Shown here: positions 40,598-54,262 of the stretch, piece after piece | How the letters are laid out: each line of letters opens with the position of its first letter | Numbering within the stretch: position 1 is the stretch's first letter | NCBI RefSeq assembly: GCF_006345805.1 | Contig: NC_043024.1 | Location: 310,001-374,000 of the forward strand | Source of the DNA: Octopus sinensis | Taxonomy: Eukaryota | Length of the DNA stretch: 64,000 nt | Direction: 5' to 3' | The notes under the pieces: generated by a model | The model's input: the letters and a program-made list of their open reading frames with translations, nothing else | Told to the model about the DNA's origin: nothing | Database searches by the model: none | Translations under genes and position numbers: made by a program

Positions 40598-43500
40598 TTT
40601 TATGCGGCACCATCACCAATGCGTTTTATGCGACACCATCACCAATGCGTTTTATGTGGCACCATCACCAATGCGTTTTATGTGGCACCATCACCAATGC
40701 GTTTTATGTGGCACCATCACCAATGCGTTTTATGTGGCACCATCACCAATGCGTTTTATGTGGCACCATCACCAATGCGTTTTATGCGACGACACCATCA
40801 CCAATGCGTTTTATGTGGCACCATCACCAATGCGTTTTATGCGACACCATCACCAATGCGTTTTATGTGGCACCATCACAATGCGTTTTATGCGACACCA
40901 TCACCAATGCGTTTATGCGACACCATCACCAATGCGTTTTATGCGACACCATCACCAATGCGTTTTATGTGGCACCATCACCAATGCGTTTTATGCGACA
41001 CCATCACCAATGCGTTTTATGTGGCACCATCACCAATGCATTTTATGCCGGCACCATCACCAATGCGTTTTATGTGGCACCATCACCAATGCGTTTTATG
41101 CGGCACCATCACCAATGCGTTTTATGCGACACACATCACAATGCGTTTTATGTGGCACCATCACCAATGCGTTTTATGCGGCACCCAACCAATGCGTTTT
41201 ATGTGGCACCATCACCAATGCGTTTTATGCGACACATCACCAATGCGTTTTATGCGACACCATCACCAATGCGTTTATGCGACACCATCACCAATGCGTT
41301 TTATGTGGCACCATCACCAATGCGTTTTTTGTGGCACCATCACCAATGCGTTTTATGTGGCACCATCACCAATGCGTTTTATGTGGCACCATCACCAATG
41401 CGTTTTATGCGACACCATCACAATGCGTTTTATGCGACACCATCACCAATGCGTTTTATGCGACACCATCACCAATGCGTTTTATGCGGCACCATCACCA
41501 ATGCGTTTTATGCGACACCATCACCAATGCGTTTTATGCGAACCATCACCAATGCGTTTTATGTGGCACCATCACCAATGCGTTTTATGTGGCACCATCA
41601 CCACCAATGCGTTTTATGTGGCACACCATCACCAATGCGTTTTATGTGGCACCATCACCAATGCGGTTTTATGCGACACCATCACCAATGCGTTTTATGC
41701 TGACCACACCATCACCAATGCGTTTTATGCGAGACCACCATCACCAATGCGTTTTATGTGGCACCATCACCAATGCGTTTTATGCGACACCATCACCAAT
41801 GCGTTTTATGCGACACCATCACCAATGCGTTTTATGTGGCACCATCACCAATGCGTTTTATGTGGCACCATCACCAATGCGTTTTATGTGGCACCATCAC
41901 CAATGCGTTTTATGTGGCACCATCACCAATGCGTTTTATGCGACACCATCACCAATGCGTTTTATGCGACACCATCACCAATGCGTTTTATGCGACACCA
42001 TCACCAATGCGTTTTATGTGGCACCATCACCAATGCGTTTTATGCGACACCATCACCAATGCGTTTTATGCGACACCATCACCAATGCGTTTTATGTGGC
42101 ACCATCACCAATGCGTTTTATGCGACACCATCACCAATGCGTTTTATGTGGCACCATCACCAATGCGTTTTATGTGGCACCATCACCAATGCGTTTTATG
42201 CGACACCATCACCAATGCGTTTTATGTGGCACCATCACCAATGCGTTTTATGTGGCACCATCACCAATGCGTTTTATGCGACACCATCACCAATGCGTTT
42301 TATGTGGCACCATCACCAATGCGTTTTATGCGACACCATCACCAATGCGTTTTATGCGACACCATCACCAATGCGTTTTATGCGACACCATCACCAATGC
42401 GTTTTATGCGACACCATCACCAATGCGTTTTATGCGACACCATCACCATGCGTTTTATGTGGACCCATCACCAATGCGTTTATGTGGCACCATCACCAAT
42501 GCGTTTTATGCGACACCATCACCAATGCGTTTTATGTGGCACCATCACCAATGCGTTTTATGTGGCACCATCACCAATGCGTTTATGCGACACCATCACC
42601 AATGCGTTTTATGTGGCACCATCACCAATGCGTTTTATGCGACACCATCACCAATGCGTTTTATGCGACACCATCACCAATGCGTTTTATGCGACACCTC
42701 ACCAAATGCGTTTTATGTGGCACCATCACCAATGCGTTTTATGTGGCACCATCACCAATGCGTTTTATGTGGCGACCATCACCAATGCGTTTTATGGGAC
42801 ACCATCACCAATGCGTTTTATGCGACACCATCACCAATGCGTTTTATGTGGCACCATCACCAATGCGTTTTATGCGACACCATCACCAATGCGTTTTATG
42901 CGACACCATCACCAATGCGTTTTATGCGACACCATCACCAATGCGTTTTATGCGACACCATCACCAATGCGTTTTTGGTTTTATGTGGCACCATCACCAA
43001 TGCGTTTTATGTGGCACCATCACCAATGCGTTTTATGCGAACCATCACCAATGCGTTTTATGCGACACCATCACCAATGCGTTTTATGCGACACCATCAC
43101 CAATGCGTTTTATGTGGCACCATCACCAATGCGTTTTATGCGACACCATCACCAATGCGTTTTATGTGGCACCATCACCAATGCGTTTTATGTGGCACCA
43201 TCACCAATGCGTTTTATGCGACACCATCACCAATGCGTTTTATGCGACACCATCACACATCACCAATGCGTTTTATGTGACACCATCACCAATGCGTTTT
43301 ATGTGGCACCATCACCAATGCGTTTTATGCGACACCATCACCAATGCGTTTTATGTGGCACCATCACCAATGCGTTTTATGTGGCACCATCACCAATGCG
43401 TTTTATGCGACACCATCACCAATGCGTTTTATGCGACACCATCACCAATGCGTTTTATGCGACACCATCACCAATGCGTTTATGCGACACCATCACCAAT

Positions 43501-45963
43501 GCGTTTTATGTGGCACCATCACCAATGCGTTTTATGTGGCACCATCACCAATGCGTTTTATGCGACACCATCACCAATGCGTTTTATGTGGCACCATCAC
43601 CAATGCGTTTTATGTGGCACCATCACCAATGCGTTTTATGCGACACCATCACCAATGCGTTTTATGTGGCACCATCACCAATGCGTTTTATGCGACACCA
43701 TCACCAATGCGTTTTATGCGACACCATCACCAATGCGTTTTATGCGACACCATCACCAATGCGTTTTATGCGACACCATCACCAATGCGTTTTATGCGAC
43801 ACCATCACCAATGCGTTTTATGTGGCACCATCACCAATGCGTTTTATGTGGCACCATCACCAATGCGTTTTATGCGACACCATCACCAATGCGTTTTATG
43901 TGGCACCATCACCAATGCGTTTTATGTGGCACACATCACCAATGCGTTTTATGCGACACCATCACCAATGCGTTTTATGTGGCACCATCACCAATGCGTT
44001 TTATGTGGCACCATCACCAATGCGTTTATGCGACACCATCACCAATGCGTTTTATGCGACACCATCACCAATGCGTTTTATGTGGCACCATCACCAATGC
44101 GTTTTATGTGGCACCATCACCAATGCGTTTTATGCGACACCATCACCAATGCGTTTTATGCGACACCATCACCAATGCGTTTTATGTGGCACCATCACCA
44201 ATGCGTTTTATGTGGCACCATCACCAATGCGTTTTATGTGGCACCATCACCAATGCGTTTTATGTGGCACCATCACCAATGCGTTTTATGCGACACCATC
44301 ACCAATGCGTTTTATGTGGCACCATCACCAATGCGTTTTATGTGGCACCATCACCAATGCGTTTTATGCGACACCATCACCAATGCGTTTTATGTGGCAC
44401 CATCACCAATGCGTTTTATGCGACACCATCACCAATGCGTTTTATGCGACACCATCACCAATGCGTTTTATGCGACACCATCACCAATGCGTTTTATGTG
44501 GCACCATCACCAATGCGTTTTATGTGGCACCATCACCAATGCGTTTTATGCGACACCATCACCAATGCGTTTTATGCGACACCATCACCAATGCGTTTTA
44601 TGTGGCACCATCACCAATGCGTTTTATGTGGCACCATCACCAATGCGTTTTATGTGGCACCATCACCAATGCGTTTTATGTGGCACCATCACCAATGCGT
44701 TTATGCGACACCATCACCAATGCGTTTTATGTGGCACCATCACCAATGCGTTTTATGTGGCACCATCACCAATGCGTTTTATGCGACACCATCACCAATG
44801 CGTTTTATGTGGCACCATCACCAATGCGTTTATGCGACACCATCACCAATGCGTTTTATGTGGCACCATCACCAATGCGTTTTATGTGGCACCATCACCA
44901 ATGCGTTTATGCGACACCATCACCAATGCGTTTTATGTGGCACCATCACCAATGCGTTTTATGCGACACCATCACCAATGCGTTTTATGTGGCACCATCA
45001 CCAATGCGTTTTATGTGGCACCATCACCAATGCGTTTTATGCGACACCATCACCAATGCGTTTTATGTGGCACCATCACCAATGCGTTTTATGCGACACC
45101 ATCACCAATGCGTTTATGTGGCACCATCACCAATGTTTTTATGTGGCACCATCACCAATGCGTTTTATGCGACACCATCACCAATGCGTTTTTATGTGGC
45201 ACCATCACCAATGCGTTTTATGCGACACCATCACCAATGCGTTTTATGCGACACCATCACCAATGCGTTTTATGCGACACCATCACCAATGCGTTTTATG
45301 TGGCACATCACCAATGCGTTTTATGTGGCACCATCACCAATGCGTTTTATGCGACACCATCACCAATGCGTTTTATGTGGCACCATCACCAATGCGTTTT
45401 ATGCGACACCATCACCAATGCGTTTTATGTGGCACCATCACAATGCGTTTTATGTGGCACCATCACCAATGCGTTTTATGCGACACCATCACCAATGCGT
45501 TTTATGTGGCACCATCACCAATGCGTTTTATGCGACACCATCACCAATGCGTTTTATGCGACACCATCACCAATGCGTTTTATGCGGCACCATACCAATG
45601 CGTTTTATGTGGCACCATCACCAATGCGTTTTATGCGACACCATCACCAATGCGTTTTATGCGACACCATCACCAATGCGTTTTATGCGACACCATCACC
45701 AATGCGTTTTATGTGGCACCATCACCAATGCGTTTTATGTGGCACCATCACCAATGCGTTTTATGCGACACCATCACCAATGCGTTTTATGCGACACCAT
45801 CACCAATGCGTTTTATGCGACACCATCACCAATGCGTTTTATGTGGCACCATCACCAATGCGTTTTATGTGGCACCATCACCAATGCGTTTTATGTGGCA
45901 CCATCACCAATGCGTTTTATGTGGCACCATCACCAATGTGTTTTATGTGGCACCATCACCAGT
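40598..45963. repeat. 26-bp satellite, about 206 copies: CACCATCACCAATGCGTTTTAT(GTGG|GCGA)
   Basis: Direct inspection; the 26-aa periodicity in the ORF track equals 3 units. Confidence 0.98.
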
Positions 45964-46820
45964 GCTTAAATGATTTTTCTGTCATTAGAGTCTCATCAAA
46001 GGTGTCTTCATCATTTGATTAAAGCTTAACCCTAGAAAAACGAAAAGCTGATCTGTTTATAATCGCATCTAATCTAGTAAGCTATTCAATCTCTCATTAG
46101 TGTCATATCTTTCTCATTTGATGAAGATCTTTTTATATTTTGGTAGACATGCATTTTTCATTCCGTCTCTGTTATTTGATAGAATTATATCCGACATTTG
46201 GCAACAATAGTTTTTCGCTTTTTCAGATATTTATTAACCATTTGGCAGAGTTATGGAGAATGTATTTTCCATCTGTCGCAGCGATATTTACCATTTGGCT
46301 GAAGTATATTAGTTATTTGGTAAAAATAATGAGTTTTTAGAATGATTTTAAATTGAATGTGCCACAAATTCTTTATTGTTTGAGCATAAAATCATGATAT
46401 TTTCTTGGAAGTTATTTTCAATGTGGCTGTCAAAACAATTCATTAACCAGATAATGAAGAAATACGCAAAATGAAAATTCATTTATTCACAACAGACTCA
46501 TGGCCATAGCTACAAAATTTCATTCTTTTATTCTCTAACTAGTTTCAGTCATTTGACTGTGGCCATGCTGGAGCACTACCTTGAACTGTTTTAGTTGAAC
46601 AAATTGACCCCAGGACTTATTTTTTAAGCCTAATACTTATTCTATTGGTCTCTTTTGCCAAACCAAGTTACAGGGACATAAACACACCAACACCGGTTGT
46701 CAAGTGGATATTGAGGGACAAACACAGACACAAAGATACACACACATATATATATATCATCACCAACCCCCACGTCCTCCTCCTGCTCACCACCACAGAA
46801 GCATAGTTACAGAGGTTTAA

Positions 46821-47040
46821 CCCTTTTGTTACTGTATTAATTTTGAGATGCTCTGTGTTTCTTTCAATTACTTTAAATATAACAAAGAATTTAGTAAAAT
46901 AACTTAGTTATCATTCAACGAGTGTTAGGAATATAAATTGTGACTAAGGTTTGGTGGAAGATTTTAATTCAAAATTTATGAAAATGGGACATTTGTACTC
47001 AGAGCCAGAGCTGGTTTCAGCCAGGTTGGTAACGAAGGGG
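46821..47040. mobile_element. piggyBac-like MITE with TTAA TSD; a related type at 60416-60627 in MBIP intron 3
   Basis: TTAA|CCCTTTTGTTAC ... GTAACGAAGGGG|TTAA. Confidence 0.75.
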
Positions 47041-47269
47041 TTAAAGTTTGATAACTTTTACCCAGTCAGAAAATAGGATTTAGAAGCTGTCGTTTTATAC
47101 GTGACTGCAGATGTTGTCAACTGTAAGCAAATGGAATATTGGTGGGATTCTGCTTTACACAAAATAGAAGAAATTGAAAAGTGGTCGTCAAACAGAACGG
47201 ACCCTAATTATGTACTGAAACAGAGAGATGACAGTTAAGTTAATGTTGTTACATATTATCCAATGTTTA

Positions 47270-47660
47270 TATCTTCACCAACCAAAGTGGAATAAAGCCA
47301 CTCGCAAATATATTCACTAGCTACATGAAATAGGCGTCTCACCTCCAAAGTGGAATAAGGCCACACACTTCCATGTTCACCAGCCAATGTGAACTAATGC
47401 CACACACTAACATGTTCACCAACCGATGTGAAATAATGCCACACATCTCCATGTTCACTAGCCAATGTGGAATAAGGCCACACATCTCCATGTTCACCAA
47501 CCAATGTGAAATAAAGCCTCTCACTTCTATGTTCAGCAATCAAAGTTGAAAATAAAGCCATTCACAAATTGTTCACCAGCTACAGTGAACTAGGTCGCAT
47601 AGCTCTGCGTTCACCAGCCAATGTGAAATAAGGCCAGATGCTTCCATGTTCACCTAGTGA
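47270..47660. repeat. Diverged ~39-bp tandem repeat, about 9-10 copies
   Basis: Consensus CCACACATCTCCATGTTCACCAGCCAATGTGGAATAAGG. Confidence 0.85.
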
Positions 47661-47809
47661 ACTAAAAACGACGACCATCTTCGATCCTGCAGCAGAATGG
47701 CTGAGTGTCAAACCATCAGAGGCCACACCGAGGGAGGCAGGATCCCCCCCCCTCTTTCCGTTGTGATCTGGTTTCAAACAACAACGGAAGCATTTGGCAG
47801 TCATCACAG

Positions 47810-49185
47810 CAGGGACAACAACAACAACAATGACAGAAACATCAGTGAAAAAAACACAACAGCAAGTTGTACAGCAGCGAGAGAATAAGGCCAGCAGCAG
47901 CAATGCAGTGGTGAGAGAACAACAACGACAACAATAAGTAGCAACAACAATAAAAAAAAACATCACTAACAATAGGAAGAAGGAGGAGGAGGAGGAGGAG
48001 GTGGTGAAGAAGAAGAAGAAGAAGGAGGAGGAGGAGAAGGAGGAGGTGAAGAAGAAGAAGAAGAAGAAAAAGAAGGAGAAGAAGAACAACAGCACCAGCA
48101 GCAGCAACAGCATAAGAGCAACAGCAACAACAAAAAAACAATGCAACAACAACAACAGCAACAACAACAAGAAGAAGGAGAGTATTTCACGCAGCCTCAG
48201 ACATTATTTCCTTTCCTTCAAATGAAAAAAACAATATTTTTTCATAGCAATTTGGTTTTAGAGTTTTATTGTGATTGTTGTTGTTGTTGTTTGTATTCCT
48301 TTTTGTTTTATAATTTTTGTTTTTTGTTTTTGTTATTATTTCTGTAAGATTTTTCTCTGCAAAGAAAAGAAGGGAAAAAATCCTCTCCATTAATCCAAGA
48401 GAATGGTTTTGTTTTCTGCTGCTTCTCTTTGGAGAATGGGAATGGAGAGTGTGGGTGGGGGTGGGAGTGTGTGAGAGAGAAATGGAGGGAGAGAGAGAGG
48501 GAGAATGTGTGTGAGAGAGAGAGAGAGAGAATGTGTGAGAGAGAGAGAGAATGTGTGTGAGAGAGAGAGGGGGAGAGAGAACGTGTGAGAGAGAGAGAGA
48601 GAATGTGTGTGTGAGAGAGAGAGGGAGAGACGTGAGAGAGAGAGAGGGAGAAAGAATGTGTGTGAGAGAGAGAGAGAGGGAGAGAGAGAAAGAGAGGAGA
48701 GAGAATATGTGTGCACACTGTGTGTGTGTGTGTGTGCATGCATGCATGCATGAGGGAGAACGTGTGTATGAGAGAGAGAGGGTTTGTGTATGTGTGTGTG
48801 TGTGTGAAAGAGAGAGTGTATGAGAGAGAGCGAGTGTGTAAGTGTTTGTGTGTGTGTATTTGAAAAATGTGTGTGTGTGTGTATGTCTATATATTTGTAT
48901 GCGTGTGCCTGTTTATATATGTAGGTGTGTTTTTGTACGTGTGTGTGCATGTGAACAAGTGAGAGTGTGTGCGTATATGTATGTATATGTGTGCTCTGTG
49001 TATGGGTATGGATATGCATGTGTGTGAGTCAGAGAGTGCATGTGTAAATATGTGTATATGTGTGTGAATGTTTGCATGTATATGTATGCTTGTGTATGTG
49101 TGCATATGTATATGTTGTATATGTGTATGTATCTGTGTGTGAGTGTATGCGCATGTATACAGACACATACATACTTATATATGAC
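47810..49185. repeat. Microsatellite mosaic (CAA, GAA/GAG, GA, GT)
   Basis: Direct inspection. Confidence 0.9.
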
Positions 49186-49969
49186 AGGCTTCTTTCAGTT
49201 TCCGTCTACAAAATTGATTCACAAGGCTTTAGTCAGGTCTAGGCTATACTAAAAGACACTTGTCCAAGGTGCCATGCAGTGGGACTGAACCCAGAACCAT
49301 CGGGTTGGAAAGCAAACTTCTTATCACACAGCCACATCTGTGCCTATATGTGTGTGTATGTCTATCTGTCTTTGTTCAGTTTTATTTCAAGATTTCTTGC
49401 CAACAGAGAAAGAACTGGTTTCTAACCTAGATTCTAGGCTCCTTCACTGGAATTTCAACATCAACAACAGGGTATTTTTGTTTATTTGTATCTATGCCTG
49501 TATGTATATATGTCTGTATACATGCAGATTTGTATGTTTTGCTTTATGTATGTATTCTCATGCATATAGCTACATATCTAGACATGCTCATATATACTTC
49601 AACAATAAAGTTCTGGAAAGTTTTACACATTTTTAGAGTTCCACTGTTGCATTGGATCTGTAGGCTTCTAATTAGTTTTCTCCTTTCTGATTTTCGGAAG
49701 CTTATTTTCTCAAGATTGGTCTTTAGGCAGTGTGTTACATATCCCAGGGCCCCAACAATTACAGCTATAAACCTGAACTTGTAATCTGGATAGAGCAACT
49801 GCAAATTTCTCAATACTTCAGCATAAGTGTTCTCTTCTTCGCTGATCTTCAGCTTTATGTTAACATCTGCTGGGCAGCTGATTTCCTCAACTGGACACTG
49901 ATTCTTTTCTCAGGCCCAAATCATTATGTCAGGTCTGTTGTGCTTACATTTTTATTATGAGTGGCTATA

Positions 49970-50370
49970 ATAATAATAATAATAATGAAATTATTGTATA
50001 CAGTGCTCAGGTGCACCACAACTTGTCAGAAAGTGCATATAAAGTACATGCAGTAATGTACAAATGTCTGGAAAGCGAACAATGTATTAGTCAGATACAT
50101 GCTTGTGTGTGTATGGAGGGGAGAAAATCAGGTGTAGTGTTGGCAAATCTCAGGAAGCATGGAAGTTTTGAAGGATGCAGTGCTCCGACAACTAACAACT
50201 GATGCCGGCAGTTTGTTCTATGCTTCAGCAACTCTCAGCGTGAAAAAATGTTTCCTAAAGTCATGGGAGCTGTGCTGCTTTCTGACTTTGTAAATATGTC
50301 CACAGGTGTTAGACAGGTGGAGTTTGAAAAGGTGCTCAGAGTTATTGTTTGTAAGATGGTTAATAATTTT
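49970..50370 (-). mobile_element. CR1-type LINE 3' end
   Basis: NTCGHIYKVRKQHSSHDFRKHFFTLRVAEA*NKLPASVV...FK followed by an (ATT)n tail. Confidence 0.75.
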
Positions 50371-51260
50371 ATGACTTCTATCATTCCGTCAGTTCTTATT
50401 TCTTTGTCCTCTGGATCATCCTCCAACGGATTTCATTATACAGTGTCTTCGTTACGATATCATGTCTCATCAGTAGATATTAACGTGATGACATTTTCAG
50501 ACAATTGCTTATGATGTGGATGATAACTTCTGTGTGAACTTCACAAAGTCAGCATCAGTTATCATATGTTGGTGTTGAATGTATGTGTGTGTGTGTGAAT
50601 GGATATATGTGTATGTAAGCATATGGACGGTTATATGTGTATATATGTAAGTGCCTGTGTGTGTATATGGTAAATGTGTTGTGTGCACATATGTGTGTAT
50701 GGTTGTGTGCATGCATGAGTGTATTTATCTTCAGGTATGTGTGTGCGTGTGTGCTGTGGCACATGTGTATCTTTATGGACAGGTGTATCTAGGCATGTAT
50801 GTGTGTGCATGTTTGTATGTAGCTGTGTGTTCACTGTGTGTGTTAAGTGTGACGATGTGTTTGAGTGCAGAAGTGAGAATCTGTGAGTGTGTATGTATAT
50901 ATGAATGTGTGTGTATATATATACACATGTATGAGTATATGCATGTGTACGTATGTGTGCATGCATGAGTATATGTGTATGCATGGGTGTATGTAAGTGT
51001 ATGTATGTGCATATGCAAGTGTATATGTGTATACCTGTGCATGTATGTATAAGCATGTATTTATATGTGTGCATGTGTATATACATATATGTATGTGTGT
51101 ACGCCTGTGTATGTATATGTGTATGCACGAGTTCATGCGTATGCATTGATGTATGTGTATGCACGTGTCCATGTCTTAGTATGTATATATGTGTACATAC
51201 ATGTGTAAGTATACATATGTATGCATGTGTATGTATGGCTACCTATGTTTCAGTTTGAAT

Positions 51261-51470
51261 GTGTGTGTGTATGTATCAACACCTGTACACATGTATGCGT
51301 GTGTGTGTGTATGTATCAACACCTGTACACATGTATGCGTGTGTGTGTGTATGTATCAACACCTGTACACATGTATGCGTGTGTGTGTGTATGTATCAAC
51401 ACCTGTACACATGTATGCGTGTGTGTGTGTATGTATCAACACCTGTACACATGTATGCGTGTGTGTGTCT
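51261..51470. repeat. Perfect 40-bp tandem repeat, 5 copies
   Basis: (GTGTGTGTGTATGTATCAACACCTGTACACATGTATGCGT)x5. Confidence 0.95.
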
Positions 51471-52034
51471 GTGTATTCAACATCCCACTTGTATTTTCCT
51501 CATCTATACTTTGTTGGTGTAATTATTTCCCAGCCAATCACACGTCAATACACGTTTACTTAGCAGTGCCATCTGGTGAGGAGATCTGTAATGCTATTTA
51601 TAAATCCCAGCATCATTCCTTCATAGCGCATCAGGTTTGGTTTGAGTGTTGTGCAACAACAGGTGATTCCCAGGTGGTTCTCAGGTGATTTCCAGGTGAA
51701 ACAAGTCTTTCATTTCAGCTAATTAAACTTCATTTTCTTTTTACCTTTTATTTGTTTCAGTCATTAGACTGTGGCCATGCTGGGATACCACCTTAAAGCA
51801 TTTTTAGTCAAATGAATCCACACACACACATATATAAAGATATATATATATATATATATGAATACACATACAATGGGCTTCTTTCAGTTTCTATCTATTA
51901 AATCCACTCACAAGGCTTTGATCAGCCCGAGGCTATAACAAAAGACTCTTGTCGAAGGTGCCATGCAGTGGAACTGAACCTGGAACCACGTGGTTAAGAA
52001 GCTAGCTTCTTACTATACAGCCATGCCTACCCCC

Positions 52035-52070
<36 letters not shown>

Positions 52071-52073
<3 letters not shown>

Positions 52074-52349
52074 CAGCATGGAAGGTGTTTATAAGCCATT
52101 TAAGAAACACACAAAAGCCGTTCGATTTACTTCAACATTTAAGTTTAAATTGTCAAAATATTTTCCTAGCTTTAAGACTGTGACCTCTGCACTGACAAAA
52201 ATCCGTGCTGCATCATTATTTTTGTCAGTGCAGAGGTCGCGGCCTTAAAGTGACGAAAATGTTTTGACAATTTAAACTTAAATGTTGAAGTGAATCGAAC
52301 GGCTTTTGTGTGTTTCTTAAATGGCTTATAAACACCTTCCACGCTGCAA
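52071..52349. mobile_element. Inverted pair of Penelope-like pseudo-LTR ends (~130-bp arms)
   Basis: Near-perfect palindrome; each arm carries a hammerhead-shaped motif. Confidence 0.6.
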
Positions 52350-52596
52350 TTGTTTTCGTTTCAGCACACAATCTCAGATCAAATCACTTGCTATGCAAGT
52401 ACATCTCCCTATCACTGCGTGGCACTTTGGGTAGGTGTCTTCCACTATAGCCCCGAGCCGACCGGAGCTTTGTGATTGAATTCGGTAGGCGGAAGTTACT
52501 GCCGTGTGTGTATGTGTGTGTGTAGGTGCTCAGTGCCTCTCCGAAAGAGAGAGAGGGATATATATATATATGTATGTATATATATATAATATATAT

Positions 52597-52643
<47 letters not shown>

Positions 52644-53136
52644 GTATATATATATATATGTATGTATATACACATATACATACATATATGTAAGTGTAGA
52701 CAGATAGACAGACAGGTAGATAGATAGAACAAGCTTCTTTGAATTTCTGTCTACAAAATACACTGAAAAGGCCTTGGTCAACCTAGGCCATGGGTCTACA
52801 GCAGATGACACTTGCCAAAGGTGCCACACAGTAGAACTGAACCCAAGACCACATTAATTCCCATCCGTCCTTATTAACCTCTGATCAAACATCCCCTGAG
52901 GCCTATAAGTCATTATAGATGTGTTATAGTCATGCTTTTTAGCTCTGTTTTGTTTTGCCCAATTAACCCTCCACAGGAGCTGGCTTAAAAGTCTGCACAG
53001 AGTGCGGCTTTTAAGCAAGTAAAAAATAAAACAAATAAGAAAAAAGTGAGACTTTTAAAATCTATTTTACAGATGCCAAGATGAAACAGTCATATCTTTA
53101 TTTTTCTACAAAGTCAAATGTTTTTGCTATTGTCAA

Positions 53137-53985
53137 CCTCTTAACATATCCTGTATATTTTCATTCAGAGATGTCTAGTAAATATATATTTGAATGAAAA
53201 TATACATTACCATTCCATGATGCAGAGATGATTGAAGCAGAGAAAAGAGGAAACTGTAAAGAAGCTTGAAGCAGTGATGGGTTATAAGAATACGATGGGA
53301 GGCGCAGATAGAGCCAACCAGCACTTGGCTGGTTATCCAATTCCAAGGAAGAGAAGAAAAAGATATTATAAGAATAATGTTTTCCCAAATCATTGATCTA
53401 GCCTTATTGAATGCTTATAATCTGTACAAGATGTCCGGAGGGAGCAAAAGATCTTTGCACTTTAGGACTCAAGTAACTGAGAAGATCCAGCAATAAAACC
53501 AGCCAAGCATAACACGTTCCACGCCAGGACACCCTGGAAAGAAAGCCTCGTCTTACAGAAGGATATTTCCCAGATATCTTTCCTTCAACTGAGAAGAAGA
53601 AGAGTCCATCAAAAGTTTGTGCTGTCTGCAGTTGAAAAAGGGATTCAGCTGAAAAGAGGATTCGGAGAGAAAGCAGACCCCTCTGTCCTGACTGTGATGT
53701 TGGCCTTTGTGTTGCCTCTTGTTTTCAAAATATGCATCGTAAAAAGATTTCTTGGTAATTTCAGTTATTTCGTTATTCTTTTTTTTTGCTCTAAAAAAAA
53801 AAAGCTGAAATAATTTGGGATGAAAATTCCATGCAAGTTGAGGTGTCAGTAACTTCATAATAAATCAGAACTGATCCAAAATAATTTGTGGATTGATTCT
53901 TCCTTTTATATAAATTCAAAATAAATTTTTTTAAATATGATATTTTTGCATGGAAATTGAAAGTTAAGAGGTTTATGTTAAGAGG
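53137..53985 (+). mobile_element. Internally deleted piggyBac element
   Basis: YKNTMGGADRANQ, DLALLNAYNLY, and the Cys-rich CAVC...CPDCDVGLCVASCF; 12-bp TIR CCTCTTAACATA / TATGTTAAGAGG|TTAA. Confidence 0.85.
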
Positions 53986-54181
53986 TTAATGATGACTGAT
54001 GGTGATTGATGGTGGTGGTGGTGGTAGTGATGATGGTGATGATGTGATGCACCCATAAAATATAGAGATGATGATGATGATGGTGATAATGAAAGTAATG
54101 TTGAAGGCAGAGGTGTCCAATGCTGTGGGTGAGTGGAGGCAATGATGATGCAGAGGCCATGATGCTGCAACAGGTGACGTC

Positions 54182-54262
54182 CTACATAGTTCTCATCCGT
54201 TTCTGCTTCAATGACTCCCGCAGGGCTTTCATCCGATGGTTTATTTCCCACATACTCAAATC
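54182..54262 (-). CDS. MBIP: MBIP terminal exon (DLSMWEINHRMKALRESLKQKRMRTM*)
   Basis: TTTTCTAG acceptor; C-terminal coiled-coil; TAG stop at 54182-54184. Confidence 0.88.
   Translation of the reverse strand, partial: DLSMWEINHRMKALRESLKQKRMRTM

Noticed and set aside
40443-46022. ORFs of 381-1784 aa as real genes, or the array as a CRISPR
   Set aside because: It is a pure 26-bp tandem repeat with no unique spacers, no cas genes and a eukaryotic context; the ORFs follow from a stop-free unit
47580-51690. Numerous Cys/Val/His/Thr-rich ORFs
   Set aside because: Translations of (GT)n, (GA)n and (CAA)n microsatellites
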